Shown: positions 57,019 to 64,000 of the stretch, piece by piece
How positions within the stretch are numbered: position 1 is the stretch's first letter
Layout: the number at the start of each line of letters is the position of its first letter
Assembly: GCA_026002855.1 (NCBI GenBank)
Contig: BPGD01000001.1
Location: 1,079,972-1,143,971 of the forward strand
DNA: 64,000 nucleotides
Origin: Bryobacteraceae bacterium
Lineage (GTDB): Bacteria > Acidobacteriota > Terriglobia > Bryobacterales > Bryobacteraceae
Direction of reading: 5' to 3'
Notes under the pieces: model-generated
The model's input: the letters and a program-made list of their open reading frames with translations, nothing else
Databases searched by the model: none
What the model was told of the DNA's origin: nothing
Position numbers and translations under genes: made by a program

Positions 57019-58248
57019 TCAGCGGTCCACGTCTCCAAGCACGAAATCCATGCTGCCGAGCGCGGCGATCGTATCGGCGATCAGCTTTCCTTCAAACAGC
57101 GCCGGCAGCGCCTGGAGGTTGCCAAAGCTCGGCGTGCGCATGAACACGCGCCAGGGCTGCGTACCGCCGTCGCTCACCACATAGAAGCCGATCTCGCCGC
57201 GCGGGCTCTCCACCGGAACGTAGGCTTCGCCGGCCGGCACGTGGACGCCCTCGGTGACGATCTTGAAGTGGTAGATCAGGGCCTCCATCTGCGTCTTCAT
57301 CTTTTCGCGGTCCGGCAGCACGACGCGCGGCGCGTCGGCTTTCCAGGCGCCTTCCGGCATGCCCTCCAGGGCCTGCTCGACGATGCGCGCGCTCTGGCGC
57401 ATCTCTTCCAGCCGGATGAGGAACCGTGCGTAGACGTCGCTGGACTGCTCGACAGGCACGCGGAAATCGAACTTCTCGTAGCTCGAGTAGGGTTCGGCCT
57501 TGCGGATGTCCCAGGCCAGACCGGCGGCGCGGATCATCGGGCCGGTGACGCCGAGGTCGAGCAGCTGCTCGAGCGGCGCGTATGCGACGCCCTGCGTGCG
57601 TTTCAGAAAGATCGGGTTCTCCCGGAGCAGAGCCTCGTATTCGTCCACCTTTTCCGGGAATCCGCGGATAAAATTGCGCACCGCGCGGTCCCAGCCGCGG
57701 GGCGGCTCCAGCGCCAGGCCTCCAATGCGGATGTAGCTGGTCATCATCCGCTGGCCGCTGAACATCTCGAAGATCCGCAGCAGCTCCTCGCGCTCGCGGA
57801 AACAGTAGAAAAACACCGTCATCGCGCCCAGGTCGAGCGCATGCGTGCCCAGCCAGACGACGTGGCTGTTGATGCGCGACAGCTCGGCCAGCAGCACGCG
57901 CATCCACTGCGCTTTCGGCGGGATCTCGATGCCGAGGAGCTTTTCCACCGGAAGGACGTAGGCGAGGTTGTTGGACAGGTTCGCCAGGTAGTCCATCCGG
58001 TCGGTGATCGTCACCACCTGCTGCCAGCCGAGCGCTTCGGCCTGCTTTTCGATGCCCGTGTGCAGATAGCCGATGTCGGGCCGGGCGCTGGTGACGATTT
58101 CTCCGTCCAGCTCGAGGATCACGCGCAGCACGCCGTGCGTGGACGGGTGCTGCGGCCCCATGTTGAGCACCATGCGGCGCGGCGCGCCCGGCGCAGCCGG
58201 CTCGATCTCTTCCAGCCTGTGCTCCATGGCGGTGTCGACGGGATTCAT
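57019..58248 (-). CDS. nuoD: NADH-quinone oxidoreductase subunit D
   Basis: MGPQHPSTHGVLR and the C-terminal LGDVDR motif. Confidence 0.95.
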   Translation of the reverse strand: MNPVDTAMEHRLEEIEPAAPGAPRRMVLNMGPQHPSTHGVLRVILELDGEIVTSARPDIGYLHTGIEKQAEALGWQQVVTITDRMDYLANLSNNLAYVLPVEKLLGIEIPPKAQWMRVLLAELSRINSHVVWLGTHALDLGAMTVFFYCFREREELLRIFEMFSGQRMMTSYIRIGGLALEPPRGWDRAVRNFIRGFPEKVDEYEALLRENPIFLKRTQGVAYAPLEQLLDLGVTGPMIRAAGLAWDIRKAEPYSSYEKFDFRVPVEQSSDVYARFLIRLEEMRQSARIVEQALEGMPEGAWKADAPRVVLPDREKMKTQMEALIYHFKIVTEGVHVPAGEAYVPVESPRGEIGFYVVSDGGTQPWRVFMRTPSFGNLQALPALFEGKLIADTIAALGSMDFVLGDVDR

Positions 58249-58276
58249 TGCGGATCCTCTCCTGCCAGCCGGCGCA

Positions 58277-58774
58277 TCATTCGTCCTTGTAGCTGTATTT
58301 GTGACCGTGGACGGGGAAGTCTTTCCGGAGCGGGTGGCCCTGCCAGTAGTCCGGCATCAGGATGCGGCGCAGATCCGGATGGCCTTCAAACCGTACGCCG
58401 AACATGTCGAAGACTTCGCGCTCGTACCAGTTGGCGCCGGCCCACACGCCGCACACGCTCGGGACCACGGCGTCCCCGGAGTGCACGGCCACCTTCAGCC
58501 GCAGCCGCTCGTTGCGGGGAATCGAGTGGAGCAGGTAGACCACCTCAAAGCGCGGCTCCACCGGATAGCGGTCGATGCAGGTCACCGCCACCAGCCGCGT
58601 GAACTGGCGCTCTTCTTTCAGGAAGCGGCAGAGAGCCGCGATCCGTTCGCGGGCGGTCCACAGCACAAGCTCTCCCCGGGCGAGACTGCCGCCGGTGAGG
58701 GCCTCCGCGTCCCACTGCGCGATGGCGGCGGGAGTTTCCAGTTGCTGGATTTCTTCGGGCAGCATGGCTCGCAT
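58277..58774 (-). CDS. nuoC: NADH-quinone oxidoreductase subunit C
   Basis: ANWYEREVFDMFGVRFEGHPDLRRIL motif. The start overlaps the nuoA stop by 1 nt (TGATG). Confidence 0.92.
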   Translation of the reverse strand: MRAMLPEEIQQLETPAAIAQWDAEALTGGSLARGELVLWTARERIAALCRFLKEERQFTRLVAVTCIDRYPVEPRFEVVYLLHSIPRNERLRLKVAVHSGDAVVPSVCGVWAGANWYEREVFDMFGVRFEGHPDLRRILMPDYWQGHPLRKDFPVHGHKYSYKDE

Positions 58775-59175
58775 CAGCTCCGGGGCGCTTCATCCTGCTG
58801 CTCGCCGTAGGCCCAGTCCAGCACGCCGCGCTTCCATACATAAACGAAGCCGGCAAAGACCAGGGCGATGAAGACCAGCATCTCGAGGAACGCAAACAGC
58901 TTCAGCTCGCGGTAGACGACCGCCCACGGATAGAGGAAAATCGCCTCTATATCAAACAGGATGAACAGCATCGCCACCAGATAGAATTTCACGCTGAAGC
59001 GTTCGCGAGCCCCACCCACCGGCGGGATGCCGCACTCGTACGGCGTGTCCTTTACCGGGTTCTTCACGCGCTTGCCGAGCAGCACGCCCATTGCGATCAG
59101 GCCGGCGGCCAACGCGGCCGCCAGCAGAATCTGCGCAAGGACGGGGAAGTAGGCCTCGTAGATGGATGTGGGCAT
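58774..59175 (-). CDS. nuoA: NADH-quinone oxidoreductase subunit A
   Basis: Start trimmed to MPTSIYEAYFPVL. YECGIPP and FILFDIEAIFLYPWA motifs. Confidence 0.88.
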   Translation of the reverse strand: MPTSIYEAYFPVLAQILLAAALAAGLIAMGVLLGKRVKNPVKDTPYECGIPPVGGARERFSVKFYLVAMLFILFDIEAIFLYPWAVVYRELKLFAFLEMLVFIALVFAGFVYVWKRGVLDWAYGEQQDEAPRS

Positions 59176-59240
59176 GATGGCGGATGAGCGAACGCGCGCG
59201 GCCGCGTTCAAACTTCAACTATAATGAGGCGCAGAAGAAC

Positions 59241-59468
59241 GTGTCAAACCAGCGGCAGGGCGCGATTATCTCCATTACGATCAATGGAGAACGCCGGGAA
59301 GTTCCAGCGGGTCTGAATATCCGGAATCTGGTGGCGCATCTCGGCCTCGACCCGCAGCGTGTGGCCGTGGAGCTGAACCGCCGGCTGGTCCGCCGGCCGG
59401 ACTGGGAGACCACACCGGTCGAAGAGGGCGCGTCGCTCGAAATCGTCACGTTTGTCGGCGGAGGCTGA
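59241..59468 (+). CDS. thiS: Sulfur-carrier protein ThiS
   Basis: ITINGERREVPAG...VAVELNRRLVRRPDWETTPVEEGASLEIVTFVGGG, with the C-terminal GG. A GTG at 59241 is proposed, with GAGG 11 nt upstream; the ORF's first ATG is at 59184. Confidence 0.78.
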   Translation: MSNQRQGAIISITINGERREVPAGLNIRNLVAHLGLDPQRVAVELNRRLVRRPDWETTPVEEGASLEIVTFVGGG

Positions 59469-59902
59469 GGTTCGCCCGCCAGCACCACGCCTCGGGAACC
59501 GCTGTTCTGCGAATGCCACTCTTCACAATTTCCATTCCGAGTCAGCTCATGATCCAGCCCATTCGCCGCTGCATCGCACGTTTCCTCAAAAAGGAACGAG
59601 CGGTTGTTTGGACACACGCCGGTCAAGGTCCTGCTCAAGACCGCCTTTTGCGTCGCTCAACCAATGAGTAGCCGAACGGCCCCAGCGGCAGGACCGTGCT
59701 GTCCCACCGGGACTTACGGTGCGCAACGCGGCCAGCTGGCGTTCCGTGCCGCGCACACCGCCAGGCCATCTCACTATCGGCGGATTACGGCCAAGACCCG
59801 GCCCAAAAGCGGCATTCAGGCTAGAAGGCGCCTCTGGTAGCATGCTGTCCAATGCCTGCCTCGCTGAGTCCTGCACGAATCATCCGCATGGTCCAATAGA
59901 TT

Positions 59903-61114
59903 TTGCCACCCAGCATGATCAATCAGATTCGAAACAGAATTACCCGTTGGCATCGGGATGCCCGCCTTCCCGAAGCCGGCAAAGCGGAAGCTGAAAGAGA
60001 TCGGCGCGGTCTGGGACCGGACCCGGGACCGGCGGCCTCCATCGAGGCAAGTCTCAGCTGGCTGGGCCGTGCCCAGGACTGTTCAGCGTCACAGGACGGC
60101 GGTTTCGCCCGCCACTGGAGCTGGATCGGCGGGTGGGCTCCCTCCTATCCCGAGACGACCGGCTACATCGTACCGACGCTGCTCGACCAGGCGCGTCGGC
60201 GGGGCGATGATCATTTGCGCGAACGGGCCCGCCGCGCCCTGGACTGGCTCGTCTCGATCCAGATGCCGGACGGAGCGTTCCCTGGAGGCGTCGTAGGCCA
60301 ACAGCCGGTGGCGCCGACCACCTTCAATACGGGTCAGATCCTGCTGGGCCTCGCCGCCGGCACGCGCGAGTTTGGCGCCGCTTATGAGGACGCCATGCAC
60401 CGCGCGGCGCGCTGGCTCGTCACCGTGCAGGACCCCGATGGCGCCTGGAGCCGCTACACGTCTCCGTTCGCGCTGCCCGGCGCGAAGGCTTACGACGCGC
60501 ATATCAGCTGGGGCCTGGCGGAAGCCGCGCGCGTTTCCGGTGAGAAGTCCTATCAGGAGGCGGTGCGCCGCAACATGGAATGGACGGTGCGCCAGCAGCG
60601 CCCGAACGGCTGGTTCGAGCGATGCTGCCTGACGGACTTCTCCCGCCCGTTGACGCACACCATCGGCTATGTCCTTCGCGGCCTCCGGGAAGGCTATGAG
60701 TTGCTGCACGAGGACTGGATCCGCCAGGCGGCTCTTCGCGGGGCGGAGGCGCTGCTCGGCTGCCTCCGCGAAGACGGATTTCTGCCGGGAAGGCTGGACC
60801 GCAACTGGCGCCCCTGTGTCAATTGGGCCTGTCTGACCGGAGCCGTGCAGATCGCCGCGGTCTGGTTGCTGCTTGCGCCTGACGCACCGCGGGCCGCTGA
60901 TTTCAGGGAAGCCGCGCGGCGCGCCAATGCATTCGTCCGTCGCACCGTGCGCATCGAAGGTCCGCCAGAGATTGCCGGCGGCGTCAAGGGAAGCTGGCCC
61001 GTGGACGGCGACTACGGCCGGTTTCAACTGCTGAACTGGGCGGCCAAGTTCGCCGTTGACGCCTGGCAGATGGAACTCGATCTTGGCGATTCCACCGCGG
61101 AAAGCCACGCCTGA
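59903..61114 (+). CDS. Prenyltransferase/squalene-oxidase-repeat-like (alpha/alpha-toroid) protein of unknown function
   Basis: Repeated motifs of the QxxDGGF/W type are present: SQDGGFARHWSW, IQMPDGAFPGG, VQDPDGAWSRY, QQRPNGWFE, LREDGFLPG. They are spaced about 45-60 aa apart, as in terpene-cyclase-like toroids. Confidence 0.55.
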   Translation: MPPSMINQIRNRITRWHRDARLPEAGKAEAERDRRGLGPDPGPAASIEASLSWLGRAQDCSASQDGGFARHWSWIGGWAPSYPETTGYIVPTLLDQARRRGDDHLRERARRALDWLVSIQMPDGAFPGGVVGQQPVAPTTFNTGQILLGLAAGTREFGAAYEDAMHRAARWLVTVQDPDGAWSRYTSPFALPGAKAYDAHISWGLAEAARVSGEKSYQEAVRRNMEWTVRQQRPNGWFERCCLTDFSRPLTHTIGYVLRGLREGYELLHEDWIRQAALRGAEALLGCLREDGFLPGRLDRNWRPCVNWACLTGAVQIAAVWLLLAPDAPRAADFREAARRANAFVRRTVRIEGPPEIAGGVKGSWPVDGDYGRFQLLNWAAKFAVDAWQMELDLGDSTAESHA

Positions 61115-61138
61115 ACCCATCGTCCGCCACTGCGAAAT

Positions 61139-62410
61139 TCATTCGACATCCGGACGCCGTTCTGCCGGCGGAACGGCGTCCGCTGCCGCCGGCTCCGGCA
61201 TCCAGTCGCCGCGCGCCAACCCTGCGGCGATTTCCCGAAGGGCACGGCACACAACCTGGACCTGGGAGTCCGTGAGCTCGGGCTGGCTGGGTACGGCCAG
61301 GCATCGGTCCGCTACGGACTCCGCGACGGGGCAGGCGCCCGGCTGCGGGTCTCCAAATCCGGGATCCAGATGCAGAGGCGCATAGGGCAGGTGCGTCTGG
61401 ATCCCAAGCGATCTGAGCTTCTCGCGCACGGCATAGCGCGGCAGCCGTGGATTGTTCACGTTCACGGGAAATTCCACGAACAGCCTTGTCAGATAAGCGC
61501 CGGGCCGGTATTGAGGAAGCCTGAGACCGGCCATGCCGTCCAGAGAGGATGCATACATCGCCTGGATCTCCAACCGGCGCCTGAACAGCCGCGGCCAACG
61601 CTGCATCTGAATCCTGGCAATGGCGGCGTCCACTGCGGTGATCGGGCGGCCCGAGGCGGCCTGCGGCGCAACAGCGCGCCACCATCGCATGGGCGCGAAC
61701 AGCAGCAGATGGCCGACCCAGGGCCATGCGTAGGAAAGCGCGAACCAGAGTCTGGCCAAAGCCTGCCGCCGCTCCTGCGCCGCCGGCCAGGGTGCCGGCG
61801 GAGGCACGCTCAGAACCGTCCGCACCATCAGGGCGCCGCCCCCGCCAGCCACGGCGGTCTTGCCGGTGTTGAAGCTGAAAATCGCAACATCCGCATGGCG
61901 GCCGCAAGGCGAACCATCCGGGTGCCGGAGCAGAAACGCCGCGGCGCAGTCCTCGATCAGAATGATCCCGGCAGACCGGCAGAAGTCAAAGAATCCGCGC
62001 AAGTCGGAGAGCCGCCCGTACAGGTGGGGCACGACGGCACAGGCCGTGTCCGGCCCGGCAATCTCCCGCGCATGGTCCAGGTCAGGCGTCAGATCCGGCC
62101 GGATGTCAAAGAACCGCGGTCTCAGGCCGGCAGCGGCGGCGCGCTCGGCCACTGAACGGCACAGCAGCGACGGCATCAGCGCCGCGGTCCTGCCGGGGCT
62201 TGCGCTGGCAACCGCCTGGAAAATCGCTTCCAGCGCGGCGCGCCCACTGGCCCACAGCGACACACCGCCGCCGTAAAGCTCCGCGATTTCGCCCGCCAGC
62301 CGCTGCTTCTCGCGGCCGCACGGAGCCAGCGCACAGCGCAGCGCCGCTGCCGGCTCACGCCAGCCCCACGAAGCGTAGGTCATCGGGACGCGGTAGTACA
62401 GCAGCGCCAT
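61139..62410 (-). CDS. DegT/DnrJ/EryC1/StrS-family PLP-dependent sugar aminotransferase-like protein
   Basis: Start trimmed to the ATG at 62410, 5 nt after the flippase stop. AIFSFNTGKTAV contains the candidate PLP lysine. Conserved VPHLYGR and IEDCAAAF segments. Confidence 0.78.
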   Translation of the reverse strand: MALLYYRVPMTYASWGWREPAAALRCALAPCGREKQRLAGEIAELYGGGVSLWASGRAALEAIFQAVASASPGRTAALMPSLLCRSVAERAAAAGLRPRFFDIRPDLTPDLDHAREIAGPDTACAVVPHLYGRLSDLRGFFDFCRSAGIILIEDCAAAFLLRHPDGSPCGRHADVAIFSFNTGKTAVAGGGGALMVRTVLSVPPPAPWPAAQERRQALARLWFALSYAWPWVGHLLLFAPMRWWRAVAPQAASGRPITAVDAAIARIQMQRWPRLFRRRLEIQAMYASSLDGMAGLRLPQYRPGAYLTRLFVEFPVNVNNPRLPRYAVREKLRSLGIQTHLPYAPLHLDPGFGDPQPGACPVAESVADRCLAVPSQPELTDSQVQVVCRALREIAAGLARGDWMPEPAAADAVPPAERRPDVE

Positions 62411-62415
62411 CACGC

Positions 62416-63945
62416 TCAGACCGTTCCCGCGCGTTGCCTGGACAACAGCCGGCTGCACCAGCCGCGGAAGATTTCTGCAATGCGCTCTCTTTCTTCGCTG
62501 TCGGCGAACCCCAGCAGATGGAGAACGAGGAAGAACGACACGAACTGAGCCGTTCCAAGAAGCAGTTGCCCTGCCAGCCCCTGCGGCCGAACCAACCACC
62601 AGGAGATCGCCGCCGGGGCAGCCGCCACCAGCAGCATGCCCATGCGCCGGTATTCGAAGGGAAACCATCGCACCTGCTGCGCCTGCCACAGGCTCACAAA
62701 GAGAGTGAACACGAAAGACGCCAGCGTGGCCAGCACGGCTCCCCAAACTCGGTATCTCGGGATCAGCAGCGCATAACCGGCGAGGCAGACGCCCGCGCCC
62801 GACCAGACAACGGCCGCATCCCGCTGGGGAACGCCCGCCAGAAGCAGCGCGCTGCGGAAATGCGATCCGATGGTGCGCACCACATAGGCGAACGCGATCC
62901 CGGGCACGAGCCATGCGGCAGAACGGAATTCGCGGCCTGCAAGCACACTCAGCAACGGCACCGAGAAGGCCAGCAGAAAAACGGTGAACGCCATCAGAAC
63001 CAGCGCGAGGTATGTGCACACACGAACGTAGATTCTCTCTCCGTCAGGCCGTTTGATGATCTGAAACATCTGCGCGCGCCAGTAAGTGTCGAAAGGCGTC
63101 TGGAGATTGGTCACCAGCATGCCCAGCTTGTAAGCCAGCGCGTAGATGCCGATGTCGGCCAGCGTCGCGTACTGCCGCAGAAAGAAGCGGTCGCCGTAGT
63201 GGATGATCAGCATGCCAAGGCCGCCGACGCCGAGCGGAGCGCCATAGACAAGCAGCCGGCGCAGCTCGCCGGGCCGGAATGCCGTCCAGCGGTAGCCCTG
63301 AGTGACGATATAAAAAAGCGAAGCCGCCGACAGGACTACCGCCCCAATGAGGTTGCCCCACAGCATCGCTTCATACTTCCACCGCAACGCGGCAAGAAAA
63401 AACACGTTCAGCGATGCGGTCACCAGCAGGCGGCCCGCCGACATGTAGAGATAGTGAAGGGAACGGTCCCTGGCCCGCGCCAGCGCAAGGCCGACCTCGG
63501 CCGGCAGGGACGTGGAGAAGGCGCAGAACATGAGCACGAAGGCGCCCGCATAGACCCTCGTCCCGAACACGAGCCGGCTCAACAGGCCGGACAGCATCCA
63601 TCCGCAGCCGAGAGAAACCAGGCCGAGCAGTACCGCCCCCCAGTAGGCGGAGGACAGCAGCACGGAGCGGTCTTCATCGCTGCTGCACGCCGCCCAGCGG
63701 TACAGCAGCGCGTCGCCAATCCGCATGCCCAGCAGCGTGCCAAAAGCGTACAGCGTCAGATCCAGCAGTTCGAGCACGCCGTAATCGGCAGGCGAAAGAA
63801 ACCGGGTGTAGACCGGAAACAGCAGGAAACTGGCCGTGCGCGTCAGCAGTAGCGAGATGCCGTACAGGCCCGTGCTTGCCAGCATTCGCCGATAAAGGCC
63901 GCCGCCCTGGGAAGAGGTGAAAGCTTGAGAGCCTGATGTGGGCAC
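62416..63945 (-). CDS. Polysaccharide/oligosaccharide flippase (Wzx-like, MOP superfamily)
   Basis: 509 aa, about 12-14 TM segments, with N-terminal LLLTRTASFLLFPVYTRFLSPADYGVLELL typical of polysaccharide biosynthesis protein family members. Confidence 0.8.
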   Translation of the reverse strand: MPTSGSQAFTSSQGGGLYRRMLASTGLYGISLLLTRTASFLLFPVYTRFLSPADYGVLELLDLTLYAFGTLLGMRIGDALLYRWAACSSDEDRSVLLSSAYWGAVLLGLVSLGCGWMLSGLLSRLVFGTRVYAGAFVLMFCAFSTSLPAEVGLALARARDRSLHYLYMSAGRLLVTASLNVFFLAALRWKYEAMLWGNLIGAVVLSAASLFYIVTQGYRWTAFRPGELRRLLVYGAPLGVGGLGMLIIHYGDRFFLRQYATLADIGIYALAYKLGMLVTNLQTPFDTYWRAQMFQIIKRPDGERIYVRVCTYLALVLMAFTVFLLAFSVPLLSVLAGREFRSAAWLVPGIAFAYVVRTIGSHFRSALLLAGVPQRDAAVVWSGAGVCLAGYALLIPRYRVWGAVLATLASFVFTLFVSLWQAQQVRWFPFEYRRMGMLLVAAAPAAISWWLVRPQGLAGQLLLGTAQFVSFFLVLHLLGFADSEERERIAEIFRGWCSRLLSRQRAGTV

Positions 63946-64000
63946 GGTCTCCCGTCCGCCCGGCGCCGGGCCGTAAGGCTACTATAGCCGCCACCGGCGC

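Noticed and set aside
59176-59240. Possible TPP riboswitch upstream of thiS
   Set aside because: Only about 65 nt are available and they are shared with the nuoA upstream region. No THI-box-like sequence is seen.
59469-59902. Possible thiG remnant, SRP/6S/tRNA-like RNA or small ORFs (96 aa on the minus strand, 71-91 aa on the plus strand) in the long intergenic region
   Set aside because: The translations show no ThiG-like or other recognisable sequence. No conserved RNA motifs could be identified by eye, so the region is left as an open observation rather than a feature.
62411-63019. N-terminal ~200 codons of ORF 61139..63019
   Set aside because: This part overlaps the Wzx flippase gene and is Arg/Gly/Ala-rich. 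The DegT-like sequence begins at the ATG at 62410, 5 nt after the flippase stop.

Overview
GC-rich (third codon positions mostly G/C) bacterial chromosomal window. It is densely coded, about 64 genes, mostly housekeeping, with many translationally coupled starts (ATGA/GTGA overlaps). The gene repertoire looks Acidobacteriota-like, but taxonomy cannot be established from this window alone. Left to right:
- a Tat-exported TIM-barrel protein and a TlpA-like thioredoxin
- flagellar stator genes (merR-like, flbD, motA, motB)
- rlmB
- purF-purL-purQ
- ileS-lspA-hypothetical-glycosyltransferase
- an eight-gene chemosensory operon (cheW-mcp-cheA-cheR-cheD-cheY-cheX-cheB)
- a peroxiredoxin whose peroxidatic Cys codon is an in-frame TGA followed by a SECIS-like hairpin (selenoprotein candidate)
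- DUF218 and DUF480 genes, malQ, a VanX-type dipeptidase
- a multiply frameshifted GYF/membrane gene followed by a DUF2752 gene
- galK, a Na+/solute symporter, and a second Tat TIM-barrel protein
- a PsrABC-like molybdopterin oxidoreductase operon fused to a split YeeE/YedE sulfur/selenium transporter pair, preceded by a frameshifted FadL-type outer-membrane channel
- an H+-pyrophosphatase, tsaD, queA
- a 12-gene nuo operon (A,C,D,E,F,G,H,J,K,L,M,N) that lacks nuoB and nuoI
- an orphan thiS followed by 434 nt of non-coding DNA
- the edge of a polysaccharide locus (alpha/alpha-toroid protein, DegT aminotransferase, Wzx flippase)

I saw no CRISPR arrays, rRNA or tRNA genes, or mobile elements. 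No clearly novel multi-gene system such as a defence island is evident. The items most worth follow-up are the Sec-peroxiredoxin, the Psr-like/YeeE cluster and the nuoB/nuoI-less complex I operon. The many very long ORFs antisense to conserved genes are high-GC artefacts.
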